DNA of 64,000 bases from a virus. The notes under the pieces were generated by a model that was given only the letters and a program-made list of their open reading frames with translations, was not told the origin of the DNA and ran no database searches. Below are positions 48,475 to 56,174 of the stretch, one piece after another (positions within the stretch are counted from its first letter, which is position 1; the number at the start of each line of letters is the position of its first letter). The position numbers were made by a program, and so were the translations under genes. The DNA lies in the IMG/VR virus record IMGVR_UViG_3300037042_003932, positions 64,001-128,000 of that record. One strand, written 5' to 3'.

Positions 48475-50814
48475 ATGAGATGTCCTAAGTGCGGACTAGA
48501 GTTGCCCCATGCTGCTAAGCTCAACACATGCACAATCTGCGGAATACCCCTGGTATATGATGTCCAAGACGTATTCGATGACCGCCTCAATGGGATCGTA
48601 AGAGAGATTCGCCCAGGCCAGACCCGAATGGCCAAGACCATCGACGCGCATCTGCGAACACCAGAGCAAACGTTCCTACTCCTCGAAGGAGGAACAGGTA
48701 TCGGAAAGAGCTTCGCGTACCTTGTCCCGTCAATCCTTCAACGTAATGAGCAACTACGCGGTACTCTTGCTGCTGACGTGCTGAAAGACTTTGAAGAAAA
48801 GACCATAATCGACGCCAATCTAAAACAGAAGATTGTTATCGCAACGACCAAAAAGGTTCTGCAGAAACAGATATGTTACGACGACCTCCGGGATAACCTC
48901 ATGCCCAAGCTGAACGCGAGCAGCTACGTCTCCGAGGTCATCCTGAAAAGCCAAAGTAACTATGCATGCACCGACCCTTCAGTGATAAGCACCCTCAAGA
49001 ATGCTATGGATCGCGAGAACCTCATGGCGTTCATCCGAAGATGCTCAGCCCAAGGACTCTACCCCGAGTCGGATGCTTGGGACGGCGATAAACCTGTGTG
49101 GTGGGATGAGATCAGCGTCGATAACTGCCCCTTTGCTCCTAAGATGGATGCATGCCCTCGGCGTAGTACTTGCTGTCCTGATATCACCAGGAGCAACTTC
49201 CTGGTATCAAACCAAGCTCTGGTATCCACGCTGTTCGCGAACAACCTATTCACATCACGGACCAAATTCGGGGAATGCAAGATCCTTATCGTAGACGAAG
49301 CGCACATGCTCGTGAACAGCTTGTACAACGCGCACACACGGAAGCTCACGTTCAAAGGTCTGAACTCTCTTCTCAAGAAAGTCCTGTACCATCCGTTCAT
49401 AGATACAGGTTGGAACCGGGGTATAGTGTCCCCTCACGTGGAAGATGCTGTTACTGGATTCAAGAAACTCCACGACCTCTGCCACAAGTGGGGTAAGGAG
49501 TCCAAGTCTGCCGGTGGCGTCTTGAAGTCAGTAGGATTCCATTGCAGTTTCCTGGAAGCTGACATCCTGGCTGAGCAGGCACGCATCGTTGAATCTCTGG
49601 AAGAGGTGCGTGGTCTCGTCGGTGGGAAAATCGGAACCTCAGGCGACGATGGCGAGTACGATGACCAAGATGAGGTATTCAAAGGAGGAGTCCTGGGGTC
49701 CAAGGTCAACAAGAACCGAGAACGGAGCGCACATCGCCTAAAGCTCAAGCGCCACTACGACAATATTGGAAACTTTAGCAATAACCTACAGACAGCGTTC
49801 AAGACGTTTGAGACCCGTCTCATTGCTGGGGCTGTACCCGTTGTCACGGAGGACGGTATCGAGATCATCCCAGAGGACATCAGCCAGATTGCCGCCGAGC
49901 ACTTCAAGGGGGTCAACAAGGTCGTCTTCTTATCTGCTACGATGTGTGTAGGCGGAACCTTCGACTATATACGAAGACAGTTCGGTCTGGATCTCGTTCC
50001 TGGAGCTAAGATAGTCGAAGAAGTCTTCGAGAGTCCGTTCGACTACAACAAACAAGCAGTCATCTACCTCCCGATCCACATGGACACAATCCCTGAGTAC
50101 GGGTCCAGCCCCGCCTTGAAGAACGTATGGTTCAGACAGATGGCCGAGGAGATCGCTTTCATGGTTGAAGCCTTCCAAGGTGACGCTCTGATCCTCTTCA
50201 CCGCTCAGTACGAAATGGACGCCATCTTCGAAATGGTCAAAGAGATAGCTGGTGTATGGAGCAACGTCACGTACATCAAGATGGAGAAGGGTCGGGGTGA
50301 ATACTTTCTGGATAAATACATGGCGACAGACAAAGCCGCGTTATTCGGTATGAAGTCATACTGGGAAGGCATCGACATCCCTGGAGACAAGCTGCGCCTC
50401 GTGGTAATCGCGAAGCTCCCGTTCCCAATGCAAAGCGACCCAACCATCGCCCTCGAGACCCAAAGAGCAAAAGCTGCAGGCTCAAACGATTTTAATACAG
50501 TGCAAATACCCCGGATGCTCTTCGATCTCCGTCAGGGAGCTGGACGTCTTATACGCCGTAAAACAGATGTGGGTATCGTAGCGGTGCTCGACGCTCGCAT
50601 GTGGACAGGGGGCGGTAAGGACAGCGTGCAGAAGCTACAAAGGCTTCGAAAGTTAAAAGAAGCAGGCCAACCCATTAGCCCAATGGGGTATGGTTTAAGG
50701 GCTTTTAACGCTATTGGGTTCAAAAACCGCATTGACACTCGAGAGAAATTCCTTAAAGTGTTGGAGAAGATAAACAATCGCCCTGGTTTACAGGGTAATG
50801 AAAAGGAAGAATAA
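48475..50814 (+). CDS. dinG: DinG/YoaA-family SF2 helicase with N-terminal Zn ribbon
   Basis: RPGQ (Q motif), EGGTGIGKS, DEAH, SAT, SPFDY, WEGIDIPG, KLPF and QGAGRLIR. Confidence 0.93.
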   Translation: MRCPKCGLELPHAAKLNTCTICGIPLVYDVQDVFDDRLNGIVREIRPGQTRMAKTIDAHLRTPEQTFLLLEGGTGIGKSFAYLVPSILQRNEQLRGTLAADVLKDFEEKTIIDANLKQKIVIATTKKVLQKQICYDDLRDNLMPKLNASSYVSEVILKSQSNYACTDPSVISTLKNAMDRENLMAFIRRCSAQGLYPESDAWDGDKPVWWDEISVDNCPFAPKMDACPRRSTCCPDITRSNFLVSNQALVSTLFANNLFTSRTKFGECKILIVDEAHMLVNSLYNAHTRKLTFKGLNSLLKKVLYHPFIDTGWNRGIVSPHVEDAVTGFKKLHDLCHKWGKESKSAGGVLKSVGFHCSFLEADILAEQARIVESLEEVRGLVGGKIGTSGDDGEYDDQDEVFKGGVLGSKVNKNRERSAHRLKLKRHYDNIGNFSNNLQTAFKTFETRLIAGAVPVVTEDGIEIIPEDISQIAAEHFKGVNKVVFLSATMCVGGTFDYIRRQFGLDLVPGAKIVEEVFESPFDYNKQAVIYLPIHMDTIPEYGSSPALKNVWFRQMAEEIAFMVEAFQGDALILFTAQYEMDAIFEMVKEIAGVWSNVTYIKMEKGRGEYFLDKYMATDKAALFGMKSYWEGIDIPGDKLRLVVIAKLPFPMQSDPTIALETQRAKAAGSNDFNTVQIPRMLFDLRQGAGRLIRRKTDVGIVAVLDARMWTGGGKDSVQKLQRLRKLKEAGQPISPMGYGLRAFNAIGFKNRIDTREKFLKVLEKINNRPGLQGNEKEE

Positions 50815-50815
50815 G

Positions 50816-51103
50816 ATGGCAAGAGCAGCGGGGAGCAAAATCGTGACGTGTCCCAACGTCAAGTGTGGGTCGAGAATCTGCGGTATTCCCGGGGAGTCGA
50901 TCCTCTGCAAGAAGTGCGGTACGAAGGTGCGCCTGACCAAGGCCGTCCTCGCTGCGGAGTCCGAGAAGAAGGGTGGCGCAACCGTAGCCCCCAAAGCAGT
51001 GAAGAAGATCGAAAAGAAGATCGAAAAGAAGGTCGAGAAGAAGAGCAAGAAGATGCCTGTGGCCGAGCCCGTTAAGCGCGGTCGCAGGGCGAAGGCAGCA
51101 TAG
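50816..51103 (+). CDS. Zn-ribbon + Lys-rich (histone H1-like tail) basic protein
   Basis: CPNVKC..CKKCG followed by KAVKKIEKKIEKKVEKKSKK; start moved to ATG 50816. Confidence 0.7.
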   Translation: MARAAGSKIVTCPNVKCGSRICGIPGESILCKKCGTKVRLTKAVLAAESEKKGGATVAPKAVKKIEKKIEKKVEKKSKKMPVAEPVKRGRRAKAA

Positions 51104-51125
51104 TTAACAACAAGTCGTCTCTCGG

Positions 51126-51161
51126 AAAAACGCCGTAGCTAATCCCTACGGCGTTTTTTTT
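51126..51161 (+). terminator. Rho-independent terminator (possibly bidirectional)
   Basis: AAAAA-CGCCGTAG-ctaatcc-CTACGGCG-TTTTTTTT. Confidence 0.9.
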
Positions 51162-51166
51162 GGTTC

Positions 51167-51202
51167 TTGACAACAAGCTGTTAATTACACATAAGCTGTT
51201 AT
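51167..51202 (+). promoter_or_regulatory. Putative sigma70 promoter with AAGCTGTTA direct repeat; probable leaderless transcript
   Basis: TTGACA at 51167; TAAGCT at 51192; ATG at 51203 with no SD. Confidence 0.5.
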
Positions 51203-51667
51203 ATGCGATTCACTATTGGAATTTCTACAAAACAAAAGTTGGACGGGTCCTTCATTATCTGCGCGGCTACGTGGTTTGCTCAAAAGCCATCGTTTAAACT
51301 GGCCGATGCTGATATCGAAAAAATGAAGAAGTCTCTGCTGTCCCTGGTGTTCACTGAAAGTAGAAAAGAATCCGTAGCCATAAACGCAGCAATAACCCGA
51401 AGTGTCGAACAGCTGTTCCTACAGGAGTTAATCGCAAACCCTGAGAATGGATATCCCCCCATAATCATCCATGCCCCTGCTCAATCCCGAGTAGTATCCA
51501 CGAAGTACAAGTTCACACCCGCAAGGGGGTGTTGGCTTATGAATTGTGCCAAAAACGCCATAGAGGAGTACTATGTCACTCAACTTTCCAAAGCCGGAGG
51601 ATATGCATCCACACGTAACGTCAAGGCAGTGCGGACGCTGTCGAAAACCTTTGCAGCCAGGGGATAG
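51203..51667 (+). CDS. Hypothetical protein
   Basis: 154-aa ORF after the terminator and promoter. Confidence 0.6.
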   Translation: MRFTIGISTKQKLDGSFIICAATWFAQKPSFKLADADIEKMKKSLLSLVFTESRKESVAINAAITRSVEQLFLQELIANPENGYPPIIIHAPAQSRVVSTKYKFTPARGCWLMNCAKNAIEEYYVTQLSKAGGYASTRNVKAVRTLSKTFAARG

Positions 51668-51812
51668 AGTAACGATGGCATTCATCTTTACAAACATCGC
51701 CCTAGACCCGGTTCATCAAATTGTCCCCGGAGCTGAATTGAGTGAAGAATTCGAGCTAGTGCATATCCACTGTGGTGACACACGACTGAACATCGTAGGG
51801 ACAAGCTCATGA
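51573..51812 (+). CDS. Small Zn-finger-like protein (CxxC...HxxC)
   Basis: RBS GAGGAG; CGRCRKPLQPGD..HIHC; ATGA overlap with the next gene. Confidence 0.65.
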   Translation: MSLNFPKPEDMHPHVTSRQCGRCRKPLQPGDRVTMAFIFTNIALDPVHQIVPGAELSEEFELVHIHCGDTRLNIVGTSS

Positions 51813-52255
51813 AAATAGGAATACACAACCCCTTCGCTAAGCGTGTAGTGAAAGAGGAGAAGATATCCAAATACGCGATTGGTGAAGTCGATACGGATGC
51901 TCCTACCCGTGTCGGCCCTAAGATACATCTCGACGGAGGACGGTACGTCATCATCATCAAGGATACTGACTCCGCACAAATTGCAGTCGAGAGACTCCTC
52001 TCGCTCATGTACACCGTCGCAAAGACTCACGAGCGCTCTCTGAACATGAACGGCGTCTACGTTGGGCCTAGGCTCGTGAACACCGACGAGAGGGCTCTAA
52101 CAAACAAAGGTCGTCAACTGACTGTGTACGCCCCCGAAGACGCCATCAGCGAAGAAGCGATATACCGAAGGATTGCTTACACACTCCTAGGTCTACCTCT
52201 GAGGACCACCTACGCCAAGATGGGCGTAGAAATCTACGAAAGGAATATCGGATGA
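51809..52255 (+). CDS. Hypothetical protein
   Basis: ATGA-coupled on both sides. Confidence 0.7.
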   Translation: MKIGIHNPFAKRVVKEEKISKYAIGEVDTDAPTRVGPKIHLDGGRYVIIIKDTDSAQIAVERLLSLMYTVAKTHERSLNMNGVYVGPRLVNTDERALTNKGRQLTVYAPEDAISEEAIYRRIAYTLLGLPLRTTYAKMGVEIYERNIG

Positions 52256-52503
52256 ACACCCAACCTTGTGGACAGTGCAACGGTTACCACCCCATCGAGA
52301 AGGGTAGCAAAGGCGGGGAACGCCGACCTCTCGCGTACGGGTATTGTTTGAAGAAGAGCATCTTCGCGTCAAACAAACCAGGGAATCCTGTCTACCCGCC
52401 GAAAGCAACTGTCGCTGAGCTCCCAAACGCTGTCCATGATTTGAAGGTCGTTAAGGTCAACCAAGTGGAAAAGCACTGCAGCGACTATCTCGCAAGGAGC
52501 TAA
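52252..52503 (+). CDS. Small Cys-rich protein
   Basis: CGQC..GYC..C pattern; RBS AAGGA. Confidence 0.7.
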   Translation: MNTQPCGQCNGYHPIEKGSKGGERRPLAYGYCLKKSIFASNKPGNPVYPPKATVAELPNAVHDLKVVKVNQVEKHCSDYLARS

Positions 52504-52506
52504 CCA

Positions 52507-52845
52507 ATGCCAGACGTCAAAGTGCCCGATGGAAAAGGTGGATGGGTCAAAGTGGAACCCGGCACCAAAGCAAACCTCGTCCCCGAGAAGACCAACACCG
52601 CGATTGAGAAAGCCGCGAGAGAAGACTTCCTTAAGCGCATAGGGGCCTGCGCTGAAGCTCTTAACCAGTATCTAAAAGTTTATGCCGCAGATTATGGGCT
52701 TAAGCCCATCGAGGTCGCAGCGGCTGTTTATCTCGAAAACTGTAATAACCGTCATTTCTTTCCAAAAGATGCCGGTGGCTCCGACGCATTCGATGTTATG
52801 ACTGGCGAAATATGGGATTGGTTCATCAAACAAGCCAAGTCATAA
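52507..52845 (+). CDS. Hypothetical protein
   Basis: RBS AAGGAG. Confidence 0.7.
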   Translation: MPDVKVPDGKGGWVKVEPGTKANLVPEKTNTAIEKAAREDFLKRIGACAEALNQYLKVYAADYGLKPIEVAAAVYLENCNNRHFFPKDAGGSDAFDVMTGEIWDWFIKQAKS

Positions 52846-52851
52846 AGTAGC

Positions 52852-52881
52852 TTCCAAAAATCTCCGTTATGTTGGTATAAT
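52852..52881 (+). promoter_or_regulatory. Sigma70 extended -10 promoter
   Basis: TTCCAA-N18-TATAAT with a TG extension (TGGTATAAT, 52873-52881). Confidence 0.7.
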
Positions 52882-52974
52882 AAGTTACACAACGTCCTTA
52901 CGGCCCTCTGTGTATCCGCTTTCCGGGTACTGGAAAGTCGTGAGGAAAAGTCTCTAACCCCAAAGGAGGAAGAG

Positions 52975-53571
52975 ATGAGACTAACGCTATGCTCGTTCTT
53001 GTTCACACTATCGGTAATGGTATCGCTAGATGTGAACGCAGTTGAAAGGCCCACTTCGGACGAAGCCAAGGGTGCCTGGATGACTGCGACACCAGAGGAG
53101 ATCGACACTGCCATCCAACATATTTTGGAAAAAGAGCCGGGTCATCACATGCGCCGTGATGTACCTGCTCGCCAAGAATTGGCAGCAAAGATCGTAGAAG
53201 TTGGAGAGGAACTAGGAATACCTCCAATGCTGGTTCTGACAATTGTTTTCCGTGAGTCTGACTTCGATGAGAAGGCTGTAGGGAAGTTAGGGGAGCTGGG
53301 GTTGATGCAAGTCGCAAAAATGCACGTTAGGAACCGTGAATGCGACATGACCAACGCAATCGGGCAGATGACCTGTGGCTCAGGGCTGTTAAAGGAAGCG
53401 TTCGACCTGTGCCACACGTGGAAGGGAGCGCTCACGCGCTACGCTACAAAAGCAGGACAATGCACGAGTAAGGACCCCTGGGTCCAGAGCAAGATAAAGC
53501 TCAGGCTCAAAGATTGGCAAAAGCTCTCGATGTTCGTACAATCAGTCTACGAACATGGAGACGAAGAGTAA
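52975..53571 (+). CDS. Lytic transglycosylase (SLT) with N-terminal signal/anchor; candidate exported endolysin
   Basis: RESDFDEKAVGKLGELGLMQV and ALTRY; hydrophobic N-terminus ending VNA; RBS AAGGAGG. Confidence 0.85.
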   Translation: MRLTLCSFLFTLSVMVSLDVNAVERPTSDEAKGAWMTATPEEIDTAIQHILEKEPGHHMRRDVPARQELAAKIVEVGEELGIPPMLVLTIVFRESDFDEKAVGKLGELGLMQVAKMHVRNRECDMTNAIGQMTCGSGLLKEAFDLCHTWKGALTRYATKAGQCTSKDPWVQSKIKLRLKDWQKLSMFVQSVYEHGDEE

Positions 53572-53578
53572 CCTAAAT

Positions 53579-53705
53579 CGCCATGGCAAGGATCAGATGA
53601 TTGCTAGGTATACGAACGAAGTTACTTCGTTCATTTTTACGAGTGGGGTGCCCACTCTGGAGCTCGAGACGATCACGTGCCCCTCAGTGATACTTGACCA
53701 TGGCG
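53579..53705 (+). ncRNA. Structured non-coding element, unit A of tandem array (function unknown)
   Basis: Closing stem CGCCATGG-CAAG-g-ATCA / TGAT-a-CTTG-a-CCATGGCG; hairpins GAACGAAG-TTA-CTTCGTTC and GAGTGGG-GTG-CCCACTC; CCCTC at 53681. Confidence 0.55.
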
Positions 53706-53714
53706 TACCTTTTG

Positions 53715-53851
53715 GAACAGAGCTGCTACTTGTTTTGGGACGATCTCAATCTTGGCTGAGTAACTCAGCTCTTTATTCGCTGCGCGTGGGTCCCGGGATG
53801 CTCTGTTCTGGAGACAGAGCCCTCAAAAGCAAAACAGTAGCAGCTCTGTTC
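53715..53851 (+). ncRNA. Structured non-coding element, unit B of tandem array
   Basis: 22-bp closing stem GAACAGAGCTGCTAC-t-TGTTTTG / CAAAACA-GTAGCAGCTCTGTTC; hairpins GCTGAG-TAA-CTCAGC and GCTCTGT-N7-ACAGAGC; CCCTC at 53820. Confidence 0.6.
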
Positions 53852-53863
53852 TGATTCTTTCCT

Positions 53864-53988
53864 AGCCTGTGTGTTTTGGGAACGTTCCTTGGAGACGCAG
53901 TAACTGCGTTCTTCTCTAGTTCCTATAAGGAAAAAGAGATTTTCTCCGGCGAGCTCCACATTTCCCTCCAAAGCAAAACACACAGGCT
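53864..53988 (+). ncRNA. Structured non-coding element, unit C of tandem array
   Basis: Perfect 15-bp closing stem AGCCTGTGTGTTTTG / CAAAACACACAGGCT; hairpins ACGCAG-TAA-CTGCGT and TTCCT-ATA-AGGAA; CCCTC at 53964; followed by a U-rich tract. Confidence 0.6.
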
Positions 53989-54003
53989 CCTTTTCTTTTG
54001 CCT

Positions 54004-54031
54004 TTGCCTTTACGACGTAATCATATAAACT
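54004..54031 (+). promoter_or_regulatory. Putative promoter for a leaderless mRNA
   Basis: TTGCCT-N16-TAAACT, then 6 nt, then ATG at 54038; no SD. Confidence 0.4.
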
Positions 54032-54037
54032 CCTCAC

Positions 54038-54319
54038 ATGTTTACAGACAATGAGAAAGTGATCGGGGTAATCGACGTCAACTCTGGTGGTATCATGATC
54101 ACTGACGTCGTCTGGAAGAGCGCACTTCCGTTAACCTCCGATCAGAGTGTTGCGCTAGACCTCGACCTGCCACAAGGGAAGATCCCAGTTATCGCTGTGA
54201 TGCGCGGAGGTAAACGCCTGCTGATTCTAGACCTCGATGGAATGTGGAAAAACACGGCCCTCGAAGAGAACGTCATTGTCGAAAACCCAGTAACGCAAGA
54301 AGAGGAGATGCCTGGATGA
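54038..54319 (+). CDS. Hypothetical protein
   Basis: IGVIDVNSGGIMITD; coupled to the kinase gene by ATGA. Confidence 0.7.
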   Translation: MFTDNEKVIGVIDVNSGGIMITDVVWKSALPLTSDQSVALDLDLPQGKIPVIAVMRGGKRLLILDLDGMWKNTALEENVIVENPVTQEEEMPG

Positions 54320-54864
54320 TTAAGGTCATTGGGATCTATGGGAAGGCTCGGTCAGGGAAAACAACGGCACGCAAGTACCTGGAGAATAAGTACCACGTCA
54401 CGCCTATGTCTTTCGCTACAGATCTCAAAGAGGCTGTGCACAACCTATTCGGTGTCCCCATACAGGAGCTCTACTCCGATAGTAAGAGTGACCGCACTCG
54501 CTGGATTCTTCAGTTCTTTGGTACCGAATGCTGTAGGACGATTGACCCCGATATCTGGGTCAATAAGCTGAACGAACAGATCCTAATGCTGAATAACGAT
54601 GTCGATAACATAATTGTGATCGATGACGTCCGCTTCATAAACGAAGCAGGCATTCTCAAAAATAAATGGGACGCAACTCTTGTGAAGCTAGTGGGACCCG
54701 AAGACCTCGTCACCAACGACGAGCACAAAAGCCACATCAGTGAGACGCAGATGGACAGCGTTATGGATAGTGAGTACGACGCGGTGTACCTCAACACAGG
54801 TACTCTCGAGGATCTTTACGCGTTCATGGACGGCGTTTACACCATGGCTAAGAACACACCATGA
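54316..54864 (+). CDS. Deoxynucleoside monophosphate kinase
   Basis: IGIYGKARSGKTT, SFATDLKE, RWILQFFGTECCR, IDDVRFINEA and HISE; start moved to ATG 54316. Confidence 0.9.
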   Translation: MIKVIGIYGKARSGKTTARKYLENKYHVTPMSFATDLKEAVHNLFGVPIQELYSDSKSDRTRWILQFFGTECCRTIDPDIWVNKLNEQILMLNNDVDNIIVIDDVRFINEAGILKNKWDATLVKLVGPEDLVTNDEHKSHISETQMDSVMDSEYDAVYLNTGTLEDLYAFMDGVYTMAKNTP

Positions 54865-55295
54865 TCACACACGAATGCCTACCGCTCAATCCGCAGCACA
54901 AAGACAGCTTCGAGATCCCTGGGGATGTCCAAGTACATGCTGGCGCTTTCGTGAGCCTGTACATTGACTCAGAACCAATCGGGGAAGCTTCCGCGTTTAA
55001 CAAAGTTCCTGTGATGTCAAATCTGTGGACACTACATAGGGTCATCACACCCAGTAGTGTGACCCTCACGATTGATACAGAAATCAACGTGCACACCGCA
55101 ATCAGGAATGCCCGGTGGGTAACGTTTGAAGATGGGTTTGGTTGGTATGTGTCCGCGTATGACCCAAATCCAATAGCGGAAACAGTGTATATAGGAAAAG
55201 TAGCTTCGGTAACAGGACCCGTATTCGCTGCTGGAAAATACAGCGTGTATGAGTTATTAGGTTTTAGAGTTACCACAAAAGGAGAACCAAAATGA
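54861..55295 (+). CDS. Hypothetical protein
   Basis: ATGA overlaps on both sides. Confidence 0.6.
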   Translation: MITHECLPLNPQHKDSFEIPGDVQVHAGAFVSLYIDSEPIGEASAFNKVPVMSNLWTLHRVITPSSVTLTIDTEINVHTAIRNARWVTFEDGFGWYVSAYDPNPIAETVYIGKVASVTGPVFAAGKYSVYELLGFRVTTKGEPK

Positions 55296-55924
55296 TGCCA
55301 CGTATGCCCCAGCAAAATCAACCCCGAGTAGAAATGACACCTGAGCAGCGCGAGATGATGAAAGCACAGCGGCTTCAGTCGCTCAACCCTCTTCCGTCCG
55401 ATAAGACGCTCATCGGTACTCTGCGAGAAATCCATCAGTGCCCCGTGGCCATGGAACAGAAGCAGATGACCATGTTCATCGGCAAGCTCGTAGAGTTCGG
55501 CGACGAGACCACGGTTCCTCTCATCGCAGAGGGCGTCACCGCAGGATTGAATGCAGAGTTCGTCTGCCGTAAATCCCTCGAGGAGCGCACGGTCGTACGG
55601 ATGGAAGAAGACCCCAACCTCCAAGAGAAGCTCAAACTCCTCAAGGAAACCGAGGAGACCGTTCTCAGACTTCAAGCTGAGCTCGACGTAGCCGCCAAGA
55701 ACATGGAAGAGCTGTCCAAAGGAATGTGGGCAGACATCGTAAAGAACTACGGGCTGTCTGTGACCCAACGCTGCTACACCGTGGACGAAGAAAGCGGAGT
55801 AGTGAAGCAAGTGTCCCTGGACTGCGACAAGTGCTCGGCGAAGACCGCCATGCAAGAAACCAGGAAGAAGATGACTGAAGCCATCTTCAAAGCACAAAAA
55901 GGTGTGAAGGGTGCCAATGACTGA
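55292..55924 (+). CDS. Coiled-coil protein with CxxC
   Basis: RBS AAGGAG; strong codon bias. Confidence 0.7.
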   Translation: MMPRMPQQNQPRVEMTPEQREMMKAQRLQSLNPLPSDKTLIGTLREIHQCPVAMEQKQMTMFIGKLVEFGDETTVPLIAEGVTAGLNAEFVCRKSLEERTVVRMEEDPNLQEKLKLLKETEETVLRLQAELDVAAKNMEELSKGMWADIVKNYGLSVTQRCYTVDEESGVVKQVSLDCDKCSAKTAMQETRKKMTEAIFKAQKGVKGAND

Positions 55925-56174
55925 CCAAACACCCCGGGTCATGAAGTGCGCCATCGAATACGACATCGTCGAGGGTGTCGGCATCGACCCTAGCTCGTTT
56001 ATTATGACCGTAGATGGAAGGGTCATAGGAAAAGTGGATAACTTCGAGTTGAGCGTGTCTTCTGACCAAAACAAATGCATGATGTTCATTCGTGGCCCTG
56101 AAGAACCCGCAGAGATTCTGTTTAATCATGAGCGGGTAAAACAGCTCACAAGAAAAACAGGAGAACTCAATTGA
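55917..56174 (+). CDS. Hypothetical protein
   Basis: Overlap-coupled ORF. Confidence 0.55.
   Translation: MTDQTPRVMKCAIEYDIVEGVGIDPSSFIMTVDGRVIGKVDNFELSVSSDQNKCMMFIRGPEEPAEILFNHERVKQLTRKTGELN

Noticed and set aside
48475-50814. Type IV CRISPR (CasDinG) locus
   Set aside because: No Csf1/2/3 or Cas6-like genes and no repeat-spacer array nearby.
53579-53988. CRISPR array, tRNA cluster, attC cassette or TIGR array interpretation
   Set aside because: There are no identical direct repeats with spacers, no T-loop GTTCRA or cloverleaf and no RYYYAAC/GTTRRRY ends. The units are far longer than TIGR units, and no cas, integrase or Nop-domain gene was recognised.
53555-54037. 99-aa (+) and 90-aa (-) ORFs over the structured array
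   Set aside because: They have no convincing RBS or protein motif and overlap each other antisense. Their sequence is better explained by the inverted repeats; the CFALEG/CFAFEG echo is the unit B/C DNA repeat.
54848-56089. 413-aa antisense ORF
   Set aside because: It is in codon register with the biased 55292..55924 gene (a typical shadow frame), has no motifs, and the + strand is fully tiled by coupled genes.
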